NCBI GenBank assembly: GCA_965228735.1 | Contig: OZ245838.1 | Coordinates: 1,440,001-1,504,000, forward strand | DNA: 64,000 nt | Reading direction: 5' to 3' | From: Planctomycetota bacterium | Lineage (GTDB): Bacteria; Planctomycetota; UBA1135; UBA2386 | Part shown: positions 48,586-57,946 of the stretch, piece by piece | How positions within the stretch are numbered: the first letter of the stretch is position 1 | Layout: each line of letters begins with the position of its first letter | Notes under the pieces: generated by a model | The model's input: the letters and a program-made list of their open reading frames with translations, nothing else | What the model was told of the DNA's origin: nothing | The model's database searches: none | Translations under genes and position numbers: made by a program

Positions 48586-50181
48586 GTGAGCTTTGCGACG
48601 CTGAAGACGGGCATCGACGGTCTCGACGGCATCCTCGGCGGCGGCATCCGTTACCCCGACGACGCGGCCGTTTTTCTCTGCATCGCGGGCGGCCCCGGGA
48701 CGGGCAAGACGATGCTCGCGCTCGAGCTCGTCGTGCGCGCGTGGCTCGAGGGCGAGGACGGCGCGACGTTCCTCTACTACTCCGTCGAGCACACGCCGGA
48801 GAGCCTCGAGAAGAAGCTGCGCGACGACTTCGACTGGTTCGGCGCCGGTGTCGCGATCGAGGTGCAGCCGAAGGAGGTCCCGGGGCGCCTCGTGCTGACC
48901 GCGAAGGGACCGAACGGCGAGACCCAGCTCACCGTCACGCAAGCGCGCCCCGCGTCGCTGCTGCAGAAGAACGCGCGCGGCACGACCGTCGACATCGACT
49001 GGATCCTCGCCGAGATCGAGAACCACCAGCGGGCCGCACCCGTGTCGATGGTCGTCATCGACAACGTGGGTCTGCTGCTCACCGACCTCGAGTACTTCGA
49101 GAAGCGCACGACGTTGCTCGAGACGCGCCGGCGCCTGCTCGAGAACCGCATCCACGGCATCTTCGTGATGGAGGAAGCGCACCCGCGCGACCTGCGACTG
49201 CCGTCGGCCGAGGAGTTCTCGACCGACCTGATGATCTACCTGTCGTTCCACGAGGAAGCGACCGACTTCAAGGCCCGCGCGATCGAGATCACCAAGGCCC
49301 GCCACCAGTACTACTACCGCGGCGTGCATCACTTCTCGATCGCCGGCCGCGGCATCACGCGCGACGTCTACCTCGGCGCGCGGAACGAGCGCGGCCCGGG
49401 CCTGCACGTCTATCCATCCGTCGCAGCCCAGCTCTCGATGGCCCGCGATCAGGCGCGGTTCACCGTGCCGGAACGCGGCAGCGACACGATCTCGCTCGGC
49501 CATCCCGACCTGGACCGCGCGTTCCTGCACGGCACGGGGCCGGCCGAGCGGAGCTCCACGGTGCTGCTCGCCGAGCCGGGCACCCGTTCGACGTTCCTCG
49601 CGCTCCGTTTCCTCGCGGCCGGCCTGCACGCCGGCGAGACCGTGCTCTTCGTCTCGACGCTGGAGGACCGCGACGCCATTCGCCGCATCTGCGAACGCGA
49701 GGCCGTGCTGCGCGAGGTCTGCCTGCAGCCCGACGGCCGCTTCGTCAGCAACTTCCGCGTCGTCTACCTGCACCCGGAGTTCATCGCGCCCGGCAAGTTC
49801 GCCTGGGACCTGCTGCGGCTCTGCCAGGGCGGCCATGCGGCCGGGACTGCGCAGGCCGTCACGCGCCTGGCGTTCGACAACATTCACAACCTGCAAGACC
49901 GCTTCCCGCTGATCCACCAGCAGCGGTTCCTGATCGCGGCGATGCTCGACATGGTGCGCTACCTCGGCGTGACGCCGTTCTTCGTCGACTTCGTGCCCCC
50001 CGACCGCGGCCGCCGGGCATCGGACTTCGACCCGTCACCGTTCCTCATCGGGTTCGACAACGTGTTGCATCTGAGCTTCGAGCAACGCGACCAAGGCCAA
50101 CGCCCGGTCGTGCGCGTCGTGAAGTCGGTCGGGAACGACTACGCCCTCGAACCCCTGACGGTCGATTGGCGCAAGGTCTGA
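48586..50181 (+). CDS. KaiC-like / RAD55-type double RecA-domain ATPase
   Basis: TGIDGLDGILGGG, GGPGTGKT, YYSVE, VVIDN, EITKAR; second domain LG..DLD...AEPGTRST, LAFDN, RVVK. Confidence 0.87.
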   Translation: MSFATLKTGIDGLDGILGGGIRYPDDAAVFLCIAGGPGTGKTMLALELVVRAWLEGEDGATFLYYSVEHTPESLEKKLRDDFDWFGAGVAIEVQPKEVPGRLVLTAKGPNGETQLTVTQARPASLLQKNARGTTVDIDWILAEIENHQRAAPVSMVVIDNVGLLLTDLEYFEKRTTLLETRRRLLENRIHGIFVMEEAHPRDLRLPSAEEFSTDLMIYLSFHEEATDFKARAIEITKARHQYYYRGVHHFSIAGRGITRDVYLGARNERGPGLHVYPSVAAQLSMARDQARFTVPERGSDTISLGHPDLDRAFLHGTGPAERSSTVLLAEPGTRSTFLALRFLAAGLHAGETVLFVSTLEDRDAIRRICEREAVLREVCLQPDGRFVSNFRVVYLHPEFIAPGKFAWDLLRLCQGGHAAGTAQAVTRLAFDNIHNLQDRFPLIHQQRFLIAAMLDMVRYLGVTPFFVDFVPPDRGRRASDFDPSPFLIGFDNVLHLSFEQRDQGQRPVVRVVKSVGNDYALEPLTVDWRKV

Positions 50182-50243
50182 CCCCGGCAACCCGTAGCGC
50201 CTGCGGCTTGCGCCCGGGCCCCCACCGCTCCACCATGCCGAAC

Positions 50244-51197
50244 ATGCCAGAACCCGACGCCACCCGCTCAGCCGCGGCCGCGCGCTCCACGTTCCGCCGC
50301 GCCATCGCCGCGCTGTTCCTGGCGCTCGTGCCGGCCTGCGCGGGCGGTCCCGGCCGCGGTGCGCTCGTGTTCTTCTCGGATCGCAGCGGTGACGGTGACG
50401 TCTTCGCGGCCCCGTACGTCGGTTCACCGCTCGTGCCGGTCGCGCGCACGGCGGCGAAGGAAGGCGGCCCGCGCTACCACGCGCATCGCCGGCGCATCGT
50501 GCATCAGGAGTTCGACGACAACAACGGTGTTCATCTGATGCACGGCCCGGCCCGGCTCGTATCGGTGAACTGCGAGGCCGCGCCCGTCTGGTCGCCGACG
50601 AACGATCGCTACGTCTACTACCAGTCCGTGGGCGGCCAGGAGGACCTCTTCCTCGGCGACCTCGCGACGGGCGACAAGGACGTCCCGCTGACGACCGGCG
50701 CGCCGAAGGATCGCTACCCGGCGTACTCGCCCGACGGCTCGAGCATCGTCTTCGCGCGCGAGACCGACGAGGGCACCGACCTCTACCGGATGACGCCGTT
50801 GCCGACGCAGGAGCCCGAACGGCTCACGACCATCGGCCGATACTGCGGGCACCCGTCGTACTCACCCGACGGCCGCCGGATCGCGTTCGAGATGATGGTC
50901 GGCAAGCAGACCGACATCGCGGTGCTCGATCTGAAGACGAAGCGCGTGACGATCGTCGTCGCCCGCCCGGGCAACGACATCGCGCCGACGTGGTCGCTCG
51001 ACGGCAAGTGGATCGCGTTCGGCGGGGTGCACCCGGCGACCGACAACTGGGACGTGTGGGAGATCGAGCTCGAGACCGGGACGCTGCACCGCGTCACGAC
51101 GAGCCCGGCATTCGACGGCGCGCCAGTCTATGCACCGACGAACATCGTGCCTGACCCCGAGCGGGCCGCAGCCGCCGCCCTCGGCCTCAACGACTGA
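50244..51197 (+). CDS. TolB-like PD40-repeat lipoprotein
   Basis: Lipobox VPAC; repeats PVWSP, PAYSPDG, PSYSPDG, PTWSLDG. Start 50244 or 50235. Confidence 0.85.
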   Translation: MPEPDATRSAAAARSTFRRAIAALFLALVPACAGGPGRGALVFFSDRSGDGDVFAAPYVGSPLVPVARTAAKEGGPRYHAHRRRIVHQEFDDNNGVHLMHGPARLVSVNCEAAPVWSPTNDRYVYYQSVGGQEDLFLGDLATGDKDVPLTTGAPKDRYPAYSPDGSSIVFARETDEGTDLYRMTPLPTQEPERLTTIGRYCGHPSYSPDGRRIAFEMMVGKQTDIAVLDLKTKRVTIVVARPGNDIAPTWSLDGKWIAFGGVHPATDNWDVWEIELETGTLHRVTTSPAFDGAPVYAPTNIVPDPERAAAAALGLND

Positions 51198-51200
51198 ACC

Positions 51201-52442
51201 ATGCTGGCACTCTCGATCACGCGCCGGCCATGGCCATGGGTGCTGCCGGCGGCGCTCTGGACGACCCTCGCGTGCGCGCCGGCCCAGCGCGAGCTGCCGT
51301 GGCACGACGATGCCGATCACCCCGCGAATCGCGTGTTCCACGCCGCCTACGTGGTGGAGGTCGTGCCGCGGTTCGTCGGCGCGGCGCTGCCGGGTGAGCA
51401 CGGCGACGACGCCGACTTCTTCGTGTCCCGGTGGTACTTCCGTCAGCGCCCCGGCAACGAGGGCGACCAGGCGATCCACGGCGGCGATCGTCGCCAGCTG
51501 CCGCGCGAGCGCTTCGCGGCGAGGACGAGCATCCAGGTGCAGGAGGCGTTGCGCGCGCTCGATGGCGCGGTGCTCACCGAGTTGCGCTCGCGACCGCGGA
51601 CCGCGATCTACCTGCAGCACGACCTGCTCCGCCTCGCGCGGCGGCTCGTCGACACGAAGGCCAACCCCGAACTGCTCGCGCCGCTGCTCGCCGCCGCCGA
51701 GCGCCTCGCGCTGCCTGCGGACACGTTGCTGCGACCCGACCTGAGGACGTTCGACCGCGCGGCCCTCGCTCCCGCCCTGCACGGCGTCGATGCCGCGCGC
51801 TTCCTCGAACTCGACCGCAAGTCGACCCGCCTGTTCGACGCGTCCCGCACCCAGCTCTGGTCCCGCGTCTGGCTCGCGACGCCCGCGACGACCGACCCGA
51901 CGGCGGCGAAGCTCGTCGCCCAGGCAGCCGACCCCGACCGCGAAGCTCCGCTCGAGGTCCCGATCGGCACCCAGGCGATCCTCGCGCAGGGCATCGTCGC
52001 CCTCGACGACACCGGCCAGCCACGCGCGACCGGCCTGGTGATCGACGTGCGCACGCAGCGACTCAGCAACCGCGACCCGCTCGGTCGCGGGAACCCGACG
52101 ACGACGCGCGACGGCGTCGACCTGCGGCAGTGGTTCTTGTCACGCGAAACGGTCGCGCGGGCCGAGGCTGCGACCGAGCCGAAGGGGATCACGTTCGACG
52201 ACTTCGACGAGATCCCGATGACGGCCGCCGCGCTGTTCCGCGACTACGGCACCCTGAAGCACACGACCTACTTCGCGCAGTGCGCGCTGTGCCACCGCCA
52301 GACGGATACGCCGGGCGCCGAGCTCGGCGGCTTCCTCGTGCTGCGCCAGAACGCGAAGCCGCGACCCGCTGGCCCGAGCGCACGCGAGCGCCTGGCGGAA
52401 GGGCAACTGGCCGAGTTCGTCGGCGCGCTGCGGTCCCGGTAG
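51201..52442 (+). CDS. Hypothetical lipoprotein with a single C-terminal CxxCH
   Basis: Lipobox TLAC; CALCH near the C-terminus; 3 bp after the TolB-like gene. Confidence 0.65.
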   Translation: MLALSITRRPWPWVLPAALWTTLACAPAQRELPWHDDADHPANRVFHAAYVVEVVPRFVGAALPGEHGDDADFFVSRWYFRQRPGNEGDQAIHGGDRRQLPRERFAARTSIQVQEALRALDGAVLTELRSRPRTAIYLQHDLLRLARRLVDTKANPELLAPLLAAAERLALPADTLLRPDLRTFDRAALAPALHGVDAARFLELDRKSTRLFDASRTQLWSRVWLATPATTDPTAAKLVAQAADPDREAPLEVPIGTQAILAQGIVALDDTGQPRATGLVIDVRTQRLSNRDPLGRGNPTTTRDGVDLRQWFLSRETVARAEAATEPKGITFDDFDEIPMTAAALFRDYGTLKHTTYFAQCALCHRQTDTPGAELGGFLVLRQNAKPRPAGPSARERLAEGQLAEFVGALRSR

Positions 52443-53561
52443 CTAGTGGAGTTGTCCGGCCACGAACCGCCGGCCGAGGTTGAGGAGGCCCGACGCCGCG
52501 AAGTGCAACCCATCGGGCAACAGCTCGAGCGTGCTCGTCTCGACCGTGTCGCTCCGGGCCAGCAGCCCCGCGACCGTCGTCTGCGCGGCGCGGACGAGCG
52601 GCGCGCCGACGAATCCGAGCCGCACGAGGTGTCGATTCACGAGTCCCAGCCGGAGCCACGGCAGCTCGGCGTCCGCGAGACCGAGCTCGCGCAGATCGGA
52701 CCGCAACTGGGTCAGGAGGTGTTCGAGGTGGCTGCCGTAGTCGTGAGCGAGCGGCAACGCCGCGGCATCCGACTCACCCTGCATCATCGCGATCAGGCGA
52801 ACCCGCGGGGCGTATTCGAGCCGCCGGAGCTCGTCCGCCGCGCGCGCGAGACGGGCGAGCAGTTCGGTATAGAGCTCACCCGCCGGCGCGCCCCACTCGC
52901 TGAACGGTCCGGGGCTCGGGCCGAGCGTCGACGGGGAACGCGCGGCCTTGACGAGCCAGAGCGGTCGCGGCCGACCGGCCGCGGCGAGCGCCATGCCGAT
53001 CTCCGCGCCGAAGAACGGCGCGTTCATGACCATGCTCGTGTTGTGGCCGGCCTCGACCGCCTGGAACGCGCCCGCCGCATCGTGCCAGATGCGCAGGCCC
53101 GGATGCGCACCACGCAACCCTGGCGGCAGGGACTCGACGGGCGCCCAGCCCTCGCAGTTGCTCTGCCCGAAGAACACGACCAGGTCGGCCTCGTCGCCAG
53201 GATGTGGCACGACGCCCCGTTCGACGGGCCCGACCGTCACGCTGCCCGGCAACTGCAGCGGGACCCCGGGCGAGTGGATCACGATCTGCGCGAGGAACTC
53301 GAGGCCCGCGGTCGTGCCCGCGGGATACGGCACCCGCACGAGCGCGTTGCCGAATTCGTCGGCCCGCACGCTCTCGGCCTGACTGATCGGCACGATGCCC
53401 AGCTCCGCCCCGCCCGGGATCGGCTCGCGCCCCGCTTTCAAGCCGAGAGCCATGCCGACCAGGGCGCCGGTCGGCAGGCCGCTCACGCGAACTTCGGTTG
53501 CATCGGGCAGGACGATCAGCGCCACCCGCGTAGAAACGCGCGAGACCCGTTCCCGTTGCAA
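52443..53561 (-). CDS. SASA / CE6-like SGNH carbohydrate acetylesterase
   Basis: FGQSNCEG, FGAEIG, MQGESD, DGLH catalytic motifs; start uncertain. Confidence 0.82.
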   Translation of the reverse strand: MQRERVSRVSTRVALIVLPDATEVRVSGLPTGALVGMALGLKAGREPIPGGAELGIVPISQAESVRADEFGNALVRVPYPAGTTAGLEFLAQIVIHSPGVPLQLPGSVTVGPVERGVVPHPGDEADLVVFFGQSNCEGWAPVESLPPGLRGAHPGLRIWHDAAGAFQAVEAGHNTSMVMNAPFFGAEIGMALAAAGRPRPLWLVKAARSPSTLGPSPGPFSEWGAPAGELYTELLARLARAADELRRLEYAPRVRLIAMMQGESDAAALPLAHDYGSHLEHLLTQLRSDLRELGLADAELPWLRLGLVNRHLVRLGFVGAPLVRAAQTTVAGLLARSDTVETSTLELLPDGLHFAASGLLNLGRRFVAGQLH

Positions 53562-53630
53562 GGAATCGCCGCCACTTGCCCCCCCGGCACCGTGAACCGC
53601 GTACCGTACGCTGCGTACCGGACGCTGGGG

Positions 53631-54002
53631 TCAGCGCGATAGCGGCGCGACGTCCCTGAGTATCGTGAGGGCCTCGTCGGCGTTCTCGACCGGCACGAGC
53701 ACGTGATCGTGGCTGGCTCCCGCGATCACGTTGCACGCGATGCCGGCCGCGGCGAGCGCGGGCGCGAAGCGGGCCGTGATGCCGACCGTGTCGAGCCCGG
53801 TGAGCAGGTCGAGTTCGATCCAGGCTGCGACGAAGAGGATTCGCAGCCGCCGCTCCTGGGCCTGCGCGAGCGGCACGACGGCCGTCAACGCCTCACGCTC
53901 GCGCACGGTAGCGTGCACGTCGAGCCCATCGAGTTCGGCGACGCTCGGCACCGTCACGAACGCGAAGTCACCGGGCCGGCGCAGCGGCTCGAGCCAGCTC
54001 AC
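53631..54002 (-). CDS. ACT domain-containing protein
   Basis: RE.EA.T, L..VGITA...[20 protein letters not shown]. Confidence 0.87.
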   Translation of the reverse strand: MSWLEPLRRPGDFAFVTVPSVAELDGLDVHATVREREALTAVVPLAQAQERRLRILFVAAWIELDLLTGLDTVGITARFAPALAAAGIACNVIAGASHDHVLVPVENADEALTILRDVAPLSR

Positions 54003-55954
54003 TTGCCGTTCTCGGTCGCTGCCTTGTGACCCGCGACGATCTGTTCGACGACCGCCGGCTCGGCCAACGTCGTGATGTCACCGAGGTCCTCGTAGTTGCC
54101 TTCGGCCACCTTGCGCAGGATGCGACGCATGATCTTGCCGCTGCGGGTCTTCGGCAGCCCCGACACGACCTGCACGCGGTCGGGCGTCGCGATCGCACCG
54201 ATCACGCTGCGCACCTGAGCCGTGAGTTCCTTGGCGATCGTCGCCGCGTCGACGTCCGCCGCCGCCTGCCCCGGGATCACGTAGCAGTAGATGCCCTGCC
54301 CCTTGACCTCGTGCGGGCAACCGACGACCGCGGCCTCGGCGCAGTAGCCGTGCGCAACGAGCGCGCTCTCGACCTCGGCCGTGCCGAGGCGGTGGCCCGA
54401 CACGTTCAACACGTCGTCGACGCGACCCGTGATCCAGTAGTAGCCGTCCTCGTCGCGGCGACAGCCGTCGCCCGTGAAGTACTTCCCCGGATAGGTCGAG
54501 AAGTAGACCTGTTGGAACCGCTCGTGATCGTTGTAGATCGTGCGCGCCTGGCCCGGCCAGCTGCCCTGCAGACAGAGGTTGCCGGACACGCCGTTGCCCG
54601 TGAGTTCGTTGCCGTTCTCGTCGACGAGCACGGGGCGAACGCCCGGCAGCGGCAGCGTCGCCGAACCCGGTTTGCAGGGCGTGGCGCCCGGCAGCGGCGC
54701 GATCAGGATGCCGCCCGTCTCGGTCTGCCACCACGTGTCGACGACGGAGCACCGGCCCTCGCCCACGACGTCGTGATACCACTGCCAGACCTCGGGGTTG
54801 ATCGGCTCACCCACCGACCCGAGAACGCGCAGGCTCTCGCGGCCGTACTTGCGGACCGGCTCGTCACCGAAGCGGATCAGCGCGCGCAGCGCCGTCGGCG
54901 CGGTGTAGAGGATCGACGCCTGCACATCGTCGACCACCTGCCAGTAGCGGCTCGCGTCGGGATAGACCGGCGTCGACTCGAACATCACGGTCGTCGCGCC
55001 GTTGCACAGCGGGCCATAGATGATGTAGCTGTGACCCGTGATCCAACCGACGTCCGCGGCGCAGAAGTGCACGTCCCCGCGATGCCAGTCGAACACGAGC
55101 TCGTGCGTGTAGGACACGTAGACGAGATAGCCGCCCGTCGTGTGCAGCTGCCCCTTGGGCCGGCCCGTCGAGCCGGACGTGTAGAGCACGAACAACGGGT
55201 CCTCGCTGTCCATCCACTCGACGGGGCAGTAGGCGCGCTGCTGCGCCATTGCTTCCTGCATGTCGTGGTCGCGCCCCGCCTTCATCGGCACGACGGTCTC
55301 CGTGCGCCGCGCGACGATCACGGACCGGACGGGCAGGCCCTCGACCGCGTCGTCGACCGTCTGCTTGAGCGGGATGACCTTGCCGCCGCGCAGGCCCTCG
55401 TTCGCCGTGAGCACGACGCGGCAGTCCGCGTCGACGATCCGGTCGCGCAACGACCCGGCCGAGAAGCCGGCGAACACGACGGAGTGGATCGCGCCGATGC
55501 GCGCACACGCGAGCATCGCGTACGCGGCCTCCGGAATCATCGGCAGGTAGATGCAGACGCGGTCGCCCTTCTGCACGCCGTGCGCGCGGAGCACGTTCGC
55601 CAGCCGGCCGACGTTCTCGTGCAGCTCGTGAAAGCTGATGTGCCGGTACTCGCCGGGCTCGTCCGCGACCCAGACCAGCGCCGTCTGCTCCGCGCGATCG
55701 GCGAGCCACCGATCGACGCAGTTGTAGGCCGCATTGAGCTTGCCGCCGAGATACCACGCGACCTCGGCGCTACCGAAGTCCTGCCGACACGTGCGCTCGA
55801 ACGGGTGGAACCACGACAGCCGGGTCGCGCGCTCACGCCAGAAGCCGCGCGGATCGTGGATCGACGCCGCGTAGATCTGCTGGTACTGCTCGAGCGACGC
55901 GACGTGCGCGCGCCGGGTCAGCTGCGACTTGGGAGGGAACATCGAATCGGCCAT
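53999..55954 (-). CDS. acs: Acetate--CoA ligase
   Basis: [57 protein letters not shown]. Confidence 0.97.
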   Translation of the reverse strand: MADSMFPPKSQLTRRAHVASLEQYQQIYAASIHDPRGFWRERATRLSWFHPFERTCRQDFGSAEVAWYLGGKLNAAYNCVDRWLADRAEQTALVWVADEPGEYRHISFHELHENVGRLANVLRAHGVQKGDRVCIYLPMIPEAAYAMLACARIGAIHSVVFAGFSAGSLRDRIVDADCRVVLTANEGLRGGKVIPLKQTVDDAVEGLPVRSVIVARRTETVVPMKAGRDHDMQEAMAQQRAYCPVEWMDSEDPLFVLYTSGSTGRPKGQLHTTGGYLVYVSYTHELVFDWHRGDVHFCAADVGWITGHSYIIYGPLCNGATTVMFESTPVYPDASRYWQVVDDVQASILYTAPTALRALIRFGDEPVRKYGRESLRVLGSVGEPINPEVWQWYHDVVGEGRCSVVDTWWQTETGGILIAPLPGATPCKPGSATLPLPGVRPVLVDENGNELTGNGVSGNLCLQGSWPGQARTIYNDHERFQQVYFSTYPGKYFTGDGCRRDEDGYYWITGRVDDVLNVSGHRLGTAEVESALVAHGYCAEAAVVGCPHEVKGQGIYCYVIPGQAAADVDAATIAKELTAQVRSVIGAIATPDRVQVVSGLPKTRSGKIMRRILRKVAEGNYEDLGDITTLAEPAVVEQIVAGHKAATENGK

Positions 55955-55961
55955 CGTGGTC

Positions 55962-57470
55962 TCAGAGCGTGCGAACCCAGTCGATCAGCGTGCGGACCGC
56001 GGTGCCGGTCGCGCCGTTCTTGTAATAGTCCTTCGGCAGCGCGTTGTAGGCCGCGCCCGCGATGTCGAGGTGCGCCCACGGCGTATCGCCAGCGAAGAAC
56101 GACAGGAACGCGCCACCCGCCGTGGAACCGTTGCCGTATTGCGGGCCGTTGAGGTTGGCGACGTCGGCGAACTTGCTGCGAATCTGATCGCGGTGACACT
56201 CCCACAGCGGCAGCTGCCACAGCGGCTCGTCCGTGCGCTTGCCGGCCGCGATCAGGTCGTCGATGAGCTTCTGGTCGTTGCCCATGATGCCGGCCATCTC
56301 GTGCCCGAGCGCGACGACGACCGCGCCAGTGAGCGTCGCGAGGTCGACGATCTTGTCCGGGTCGTAGAACTTCTTCGCGTAGCAGATCGCGTCCGCGAGC
56401 ACGAGCCGCCCTTCGGCGTCCGTGTTGAGGATCTCGATCGTCTGCCCATCCATCGCGCGCACGACGTCACCCGGCTTCTGCGCCTTGCCGCCGGGCATGT
56501 TCTCCGTCGCGGCGACCAGGCCGATGATGTTGGCCTTGGGCTTCTTGCTGCCGAGCGCGCCGTTCTTCAGCGCGTGGAACAGCCCCATGACGGCACCCGC
56601 GCCACACATGTCGTAGCGCATCTCGTCCATCTTGCCCGCCGGCTTGATGCTGATGCCGCCCGTGTCGAACGTGATGCCCTTGCCCACCACGCAGACGTTC
56701 TTCTTCGCGCCGGGGACCTTGTACTCCATGACGATGAACTTCGGCGGCTCGTCGCTGCCGGCCGCGACACCGAGCAACGCGTTCATGCCGAGTTTCTTCA
56801 TGCCCGCCTTGTCGAGGACCTTGGTCTTGAGGCGACCACCCGCGAACGAACGAGCGTGCGAGGCGAACTTGCTGGGCGTGAGCAGGTTGGCGGGCTGGTT
56901 CTCGATGTCGCGCGCGAACGCCGCAGCCTCCGCATCGATGACGCCGATCCCGAGGCCTTGCGCGAACGCCTTGCCCGCCCGGCCGGTCGCCATGACGGTG
57001 ACCCTGGCGCCGGCGGGTTTCTTCGGCTTCGGCTTCTCCTTGCGCGGCGGATCGTAGCGATAGCCGCCGAGCACGAGGCCCTCGGCGATCGCGCGGCCCG
57101 CGGCCTCGGCGTCGACGTCGCCGAGCCCGCCCTTGGCGATCACGAGCGCGAACTCGCGCACAGAGGCGCCGGCCGCCATCGCCTCGGCGAGCGCGGCCGC
57201 GCGGCGCAGCCGGTTGGCGTCGACGTCCTTCTTCTTGCCGAGCCCGACGACGCCGACGCGCTTCACCTTGCCCGGCCCACCCTTGCCGGCATTGGCCTGG
57301 TGGAACAGCGACTTGCCGCGGAACTTCAACGCGAGATCCCCCGTGGCCTTCGCCGCGTCGAGCGCCGCCGCTAGCGCGGGGCCCGCGTCGATGCCTGCAC
57401 CTTCGGGAGCGAGAACGATGACGAGATCGCCGCGGGACGCTGCCGCGACGGAGCTGTGCCGAATCTTCAT
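55962..57470 (-). CDS. pepA: Leucyl aminopeptidase (M17)
   Basis: [44 protein letters not shown]. Confidence 0.96.
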   Translation of the reverse strand: MKIRHSSVAAASRGDLVIVLAPEGAGIDAGPALAAALDAAKATGDLALKFRGKSLFHQANAGKGGPGKVKRVGVVGLGKKKDVDANRLRRAAALAEAMAAGASVREFALVIAKGGLGDVDAEAAGRAIAEGLVLGGYRYDPPRKEKPKPKKPAGARVTVMATGRAGKAFAQGLGIGVIDAEAAAFARDIENQPANLLTPSKFASHARSFAGGRLKTKVLDKAGMKKLGMNALLGVAAGSDEPPKFIVMEYKVPGAKKNVCVVGKGITFDTGGISIKPAGKMDEMRYDMCGAGAVMGLFHALKNGALGSKKPKANIIGLVAATENMPGGKAQKPGDVVRAMDGQTIEILNTDAEGRLVLADAICYAKKFYDPDKIVDLATLTGAVVVALGHEMAGIMGNDQKLIDDLIAAGKRTDEPLWQLPLWECHRDQIRSKFADVANLNGPQYGNGSTAGGAFLSFFAGDTPWAHLDIAGAAYNALPKDYYKNGATGTAVRTLIDWVRTL

Positions 57471-57518
57471 CTGCCGTCCTTGTAGCCGCGATGCCGTCGA
57501 GGCTCCACGGCAGATTGG

Positions 57519-57914
57519 CTAACGATCCCAGCTCGCGTTCTGCAGCACGACGCGCCAGCCATCGAGGTCTTCGAACGTGCGCCCGCGCTCGTCCCAGTAC
57601 GGATTGGTCGCCGTGACGGGCCGGAAACCGGCACTCGTCATCGCCTCGCACCGAGCACCGAACTCGCCCGCATCCGGCACGTAGAACACGAGCAGGCATT
57701 CGGTGCTGGGCGGCGGCCCGGCGGGGTGACCGCGCTGCGTCGTGAACTCGAGATGGTAGCTCGCCCCCGGGTGACCCAGCATCACGCCGTCGAAGCCCCG
57801 GTGATCCTCGAAGCGCCCGAGCTCGACGCAGCCGAGCCCCCGCACGTACATCGTCGCGATCGGGTCGAGATGGTCGGTCGGGCGCGCGACGCGCAACTTG
57901 GGTTCCGGCGGCAT
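57519..57914 (-). CDS. VOC / glyoxalase family protein (YycE-like)
   Basis: LRVARPT, F.DH.GFDGVMLG, YHLEFT, LLVFY, NPYW, TFED.DGWRVVL. Confidence 0.88.
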   Translation of the reverse strand: MPPEPKLRVARPTDHLDPIATMYVRGLGCVELGRFEDHRGFDGVMLGHPGASYHLEFTTQRGHPAGPPPSTECLLVFYVPDAGEFGARCEAMTSAGFRPVTATNPYWDERGRTFEDLDGWRVVLQNASWDR

Positions 57915-57946
57915 CGCACCACTGTAGGCCCGCGCACTGCACTTCG

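Noticed and set aside
48586..50181. Circadian clock kaiC
   Set aside because: Second P-loop is degenerate and kaiA/kaiB are absent from the window; called KaiC-like only.
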